Of a DNA stretch of 25,376 nt, positions 22,701 through 25,376 are shown in pieces (within the stretch, counting starts at the first letter, position 1; every line of letters begins with the position of its first letter). This DNA is from a virus (lineage: Duplodnaviria > Caudoviricetes). The stretch spans positions 1-25,376 of IMG/VR virus record IMGVR_UViG_3300017913_001487; one strand, given 5' to 3'. The notes under the pieces are model-generated. The model ran no database searches, had not been told where the DNA came from, and saw only the letters and a list, made by a program, of their open reading frames with translations. The position numbers and the translations under genes were made by a program.

Positions 22701-25375
22701 CCACGGTCGTTTTCATTGTTGAACTGGAACGTCATGGCCCAGTCATTCAGACCGCCAAACGTAATAGCAGACTGCATCCCAATCGCGTAAGTCGTGTCCG
22801 TTCCGTACAAGCCAAACTTAGTACGAGAGCTACCAAGCTTTGCGGAAATTGGCCCTTCTACTAATAAGCCGTTTGTTGGGACGGTGGTATTCTGCAACCC
22901 TGAGCCAATACTGACGCCGCCGTGTGCGTGTATTCTTTTTTCAGAGTTACTACTCGAACCGCCGCCGCCGAATGACCATGTATCAGTAGCACCGTAGTAC
23001 CAAATGAAATCACTGCCGCCAGAGTCTTTGAACTCAATTCCTGACCACGTATTGGTACCTTCTAACCTTAACAGTGCGTCGTTGCTTCCCTTAATGTTTA
23101 AGGGTCGTACTAGGTTTGGCGTTGTCTGACTGTAATCGCCAATACCTACAAACCCGTTTGCACCAAAAACAGTAATTCCGTTAGTCGGACGACTTATGCT
23201 TGCTGGTTCGCCGTCGTAAGCAGTGGCGATGTGAATCCGTCCGCGAGTACCGTGCTTGTGCCAGATGCGTAACTCTGCATCGCCGTCATCGTGCTGACGT
23301 ATGCCTGAGTGCCAATCATTTTGCGTACCAAAGACAATAGACCCTTCGTATGCTCCGTTTTGCACGTTCAACTTCGGGCTGGTTATAGCGCCCGATGTGA
23401 TCGCGCCTAGCGTTGCGTTACCGTTCTCATTAATGCGTACAGTGCCGTCGACATATAAATGGCCTGAACTAATGTTAAGATGCTCGCCGACAACGAGGTC
23501 GTAACTTGTGCTCGCGGTAGTACCAATTCCTGCGCGATAGGGGATAGCCACACTGTAGTTGGTATCCCATGTAAGGACGCGGACGGATTCCATTGCGAGG
23601 AAGCCCGTATTACTAGTTCCAACACCCATCCCGACCCACTTGCCTGACGATGTTCCGCCTGACCTGCCGAGTCGTATATCCGCCGCATTTTGAACGCTAC
23701 TCCAAACAACGTGCGGGCGGCGAAACATAATGCCCTCAGAAGAGTCGCCACCTAAGACGCCATACTTTGGAGCATCTCCCCACTCAGTCGTTGATTGGAA
23801 GGTAACAGCGTCCCAGCTACCGTTTGCGGTTGTGGCGTGTAAACGGAAATTAGCGTCGTTAGTACCCTCGAAGGTTTGCAGTGCGCTGTACGTGTTCGCT
23901 GTGCTAGTAGAAATATACCCAGCCGTTGAGTGATCGCCCCAGCCGTATGCTGTGTTCCAGTTGGTAATGTTTGTTGATGTAAAGTCACCAGCATCCCATA
24001 TACGGTTGCCGTCGATTTTCACATCGCCTGCTGTATCTAAATCAATGCTAAGTTTTTTCTGACCCGCACCAATAAAGTTGATTTCGTTTGGACTACCTGA
24101 CCACTGTATGCCCCATTGATTTGCGGCTGAACTTGCTGATGGGTAATATTGACCAGAGATACCCCAGATGTCGTGAGTGCCAGACGTATCGCTTGTCGTC
24201 CGAGCATAAAAGCCTTCTGCAAGTATTGGCTTTGTTGTTGATCCTGTGGGAAAGGTAACTCGACCTGTTAGTGTGCCGCCAGCGAGAGGCAAGTGACCGA
24301 CTTGGCTGTAGGTGTAGGCTGTATTCCAGTTGTTTACGTCTGACTGACTGAAATTATTGTCATCCCAAACACGCCGCCATGTCGGTGCCGCTGTATTTGT
24401 AGCTGTCCAGCCATAATAAAAATCATTGCCCGTATAATTCATGAGAAGCGCGGCAGTGCCGCCACCTGTATCGCGCTTCGCCATGACATTGTAGAGCCAA
24501 TACTGCGCCGCTTTCGGCGTACCCACTACTGACGAGTTTGTCTGTGTACCCCTCATCATGGTCTGGTAGCCGCCGACTTTGCTGTAGTCACCTACTGCCG
24601 TAAAGCTAACCAAGCTATGTGCCGTAAGGCCAATACGAGTATTATTTATTCGCGAATAAGCGGTGTTGGCATTCGTTGAGCTACCGCCTGACCATGTGAC
24701 TGTGCCACTGCTAGTAATATTTCCAGATGAGATCGTGCCGATATTGACGAGATTCCTCGTCGAGCCTTGGATTACCTGTGTGGTTCCAACATAAAAGCCT
24801 AGCGAGGTCGAACCGTTGCCCGCCGTAACTGAGCCACTGGATGTGATTTGACCTGAGTTAATAACGCCAAGAGTCGCATTTCCGTTCTCATTAATACGAA
24901 CAGTGCCATCTAGGTACAAGTGACCCTGCTCGATCTCAAAGTGTTCACCGACCACAAGGTCTTTGCCTGAGTCTGCTGTGGTGCCGATACCGATATTCGT
25001 GTTAGTTGTAGCGCCTCGCCCTGTAACCGTCGCAAGGGTGTCAGCCTCAGCCGTGAGATAGCCAGAGAGGTCTGCGCTTGTTAAATACGTGTTGTTTGAG
25101 TCGAACTTGACGGTTCCGCCAGCGACAAGGCGTATACGGTTATCGTTAAAACGAATGTAAGTATCCGCATCATCATAGTGATAAATGTAGCTTTTTAGGT
25201 GCAGCGCATAATTGTCTAAATCAATGAATGCCGCTTCGTCAACGTCACCATGATTTACGAATTCGGTCTGATTTACTCTGCCGAATGATATGCGTCTATT
25301 GGCCTGATTAGGCCCGTAAATCATCGTCGCCCAATCGCCACTGGTGCCGTTAGTATTCCAGAGCATCATTCCGTA
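19709..25375 (-). CDS. Long tail fibre with C-terminal peptidase S74 intramolecular chaperone (5' end beyond the window)
   Basis: >1886 aa, G/S/T/N-rich, internal repeats; SDIKLKENI..GVTF..GVIAQEVEQVLPEVV..VAYGNL and terminal coiled coil; frame open to the window edge. Confidence 0.93.
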   Translation of the reverse strand, partial: YGMMLWNTNGTSGDWATMIYGPNQANRRISFGRVNQTEFVNHGDVDEAAFIDLDNYALHLKSYIYHYDDADTYIRFNDNRIRLVAGGTVKFDSNNTYLTSADLSGYLTAEADTLATVTGRGATTNTNIGIGTTADSGKDLVVGEHFEIEQGHLYLDGTVRINENGNATLGVINSGQITSSGSVTAGNGSTSLGFYVGTTQVIQGSTRNLVNIGTISSGNITSSGTVTWSGGSSTNANTAYSRINNTRIGLTAHSLVSFTAVGDYSKVGGYQTMMRGTQTNSSVVGTPKAAQYWLYNVMAKRDTGGGTAALLMNYTGNDFYYGWTATNTAAPTWRRVWDDNNFSQSDVNNWNTAYTYSQVGHLPLAGGTLTGRVTFPTGSTTKPILAEGFYARTTSDTSGTHDIWGISGQYYPSASSAANQWGIQWSGSPNEINFIGAGQKKLSIDLDTAGDVKIDGNRIWDAGDFTSTNITNWNTAYGWGDHSTAGYISTSTANTYSALQTFEGTNDANFRLHATTANGSWDAVTFQSTTEWGDAPKYGVLGGDSSEGIMFRRPHVVWSSVQNAADIRLGRSGGTSSGKWVGMGVGTSNTGFLAMESVRVLTWDTNYSVAIPYRAGIGTTASTSYDLVVGEHLNISSGHLYVDGTVRINENGNATLGAITSGAITSPKLNVQNGAYEGSIVFGTQNDWHSGIRQHDDGDAELRIWHKHGTRGRIHIATAYDGEPASISRPTNGITVFGANGFVGIGDYSQTTPNLVRPLNIKGSNDALLRLEGTNTWSGIEFKDSGGSDFIWYYGATDTWSFGGGGSSSNSEKRIHAHGGVSIGSGLQNTTVPTNGLLVEGPISAKLGSSRTKFGLYGTDTTYAIGMQSAITFGGLNDWAMTFQFNNENDRGFWWGDSVHDQSQGAMALTTNGLLTVANRIRVGYGESDTTAPATYALDIDSSGTNSVQIGGTGSLKMYSYHDSGGFGWATGTGSSWDNLVYLDPANDLVRLYAAQGERLRVQSTGMDLRSGSFFMNGTGVINSSREVNNVSLMGNTTGARFKTDVWHQTTDGKERFYFAPNGHTYYRTGGDFQFRNSSDLGIARLSSDGRLNLYANNDHTAPSGYVLSVRGTGVLDTARNLRNIGEIRDNPVLKGVLKVDENVGNIIYEGDSYMGYIPYVTQFRLDGAQTGAIKVELPDIVDDDDDMITFWVDIYDYTTEETISVYVSGYNYRSNSVSNYWYNCTAMVFAKKVDKKFTVRFGYDAGRKYVAIGETNSTWSYPCVVGRSVQVSFRSDVDEYYNDWDVDMATTLNGVDEVISDTFPFASHVASQGTINFYPNAQTTAQMTLDASYNLNLVSGDLYVKSNRAVKRGSTWMEYGDASGTTKLWLGNDNSIYNNANVYYFRNAGGTSNLLQMNSTTLYTAGTSLYLGGNNYSRFSSDNQGEFGFNYGTTSGSSATTIAVYSGTTKNIALNRDGSSQFKKFMHIGRATSAGYATDDGSWSARLNVADSVHAKIEVSQEANSMRSHWYAHTGHSSIKFGTSSGHEVEFQRADTTKLTLHSDRVISNDIRFQIGGTTSSNAYNAVSSTKLLFGGGNSDATGNYYIGTNMENYGGNYTKLDLRWHTGIRMGAQPGYGGIRFYNNEDLSSVLFSIGKGDTNTRVESGSFILSSSSNLHFGGATNQSFISGGTEIKLYADNVTRFYTYASGWQERVVINDGGLYTNGRIAIGSAGVGNYPLYAQSSQRYVFGMRNTSVDSHYPWLVHDATSTTSRFVIHFNAIGDRWHVDEAGNSVASGNVTAFSDIKLKENIEVIPEALRKIRKIRGVTFTRNDLEDTEKRHAGVIAQEVEQVLPEVVEYDELNDTKTVAYGNLVSLCIQALKEADDKIQSLTQRIEELENGNHKDD

Positions 25376-25376
25376 G

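Larger units (their letters stand above)
1..25376. mobile_element. Temperate phage genome segment (T7-like RNAP/replication module, integrase/repressor, tail genes), apparently non-integrated form
   Basis: All recognisable ORFs are phage-type; uninterrupted attP at 13304-13528; no host housekeeping genes. Confidence 0.95.

Noticed and set aside
20569-24222. Short alternative-frame and antisense ORFs within the tail fibre (and likewise within pol, primase, RNAP and int)
   Set aside because: Shadow ORFs of long genes with no independent RBS or motif support
19709-25375. Diversity-generating retroelement or invertible tail-fibre cassette
   Set aside because: No reverse transcriptase or invertase in the window; repeat differences are not adenine-specific and the repeats are direct

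Overview
The whole window is part of a temperate dsDNA phage genome, with no host genes. The intact attP suggests the free (non-integrated) form. A marine proteobacterial host is my inference, not shown by the sequence. Four modules are visible. (1) A small + strand operon at the left end, including a Gp88-like Cys-rich protein. (2) A minus-strand T7-like transcription/replication block: single-subunit RNA polymerase, gp2.5-like SSB, T5orf172 protein, RusA resolvase in place of T7 endonuclease I, primase-helicase, family A DNA polymerase, Rmf-like protein, gp6-like exonuclease, DUF3310 and an HNH nuclease. (3) A lambda-like lysogeny block: divergent XRE repressor, attP with a tRNA 3'-end core and 2+3 arm repeats, tyrosine integrase and a convergent xis operon. 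(4) The end of a late operon: a giant tail fibre with S74 chaperone, a gp38-like adhesin, three exported/membrane proteins of unknown function, a distal-tail-like protein and a GH24 lysozyme. Reading the DNA directly reveals two cis-regulatory layers. One is a 20-bp motif (TGACTGAAACGTYGACSGTA, 3 copies), probably the phage RNAP promoter, with one copy upstream of the RNAP gene itself. The other is a bipartite GATATC-N8-CTATAG motif upstream of four transcription units, a candidate repressor operator. A hydrophobic ORF nested out of frame in the HNH gene is a holin candidate. All family assignments come from motif recognition, not database searches.
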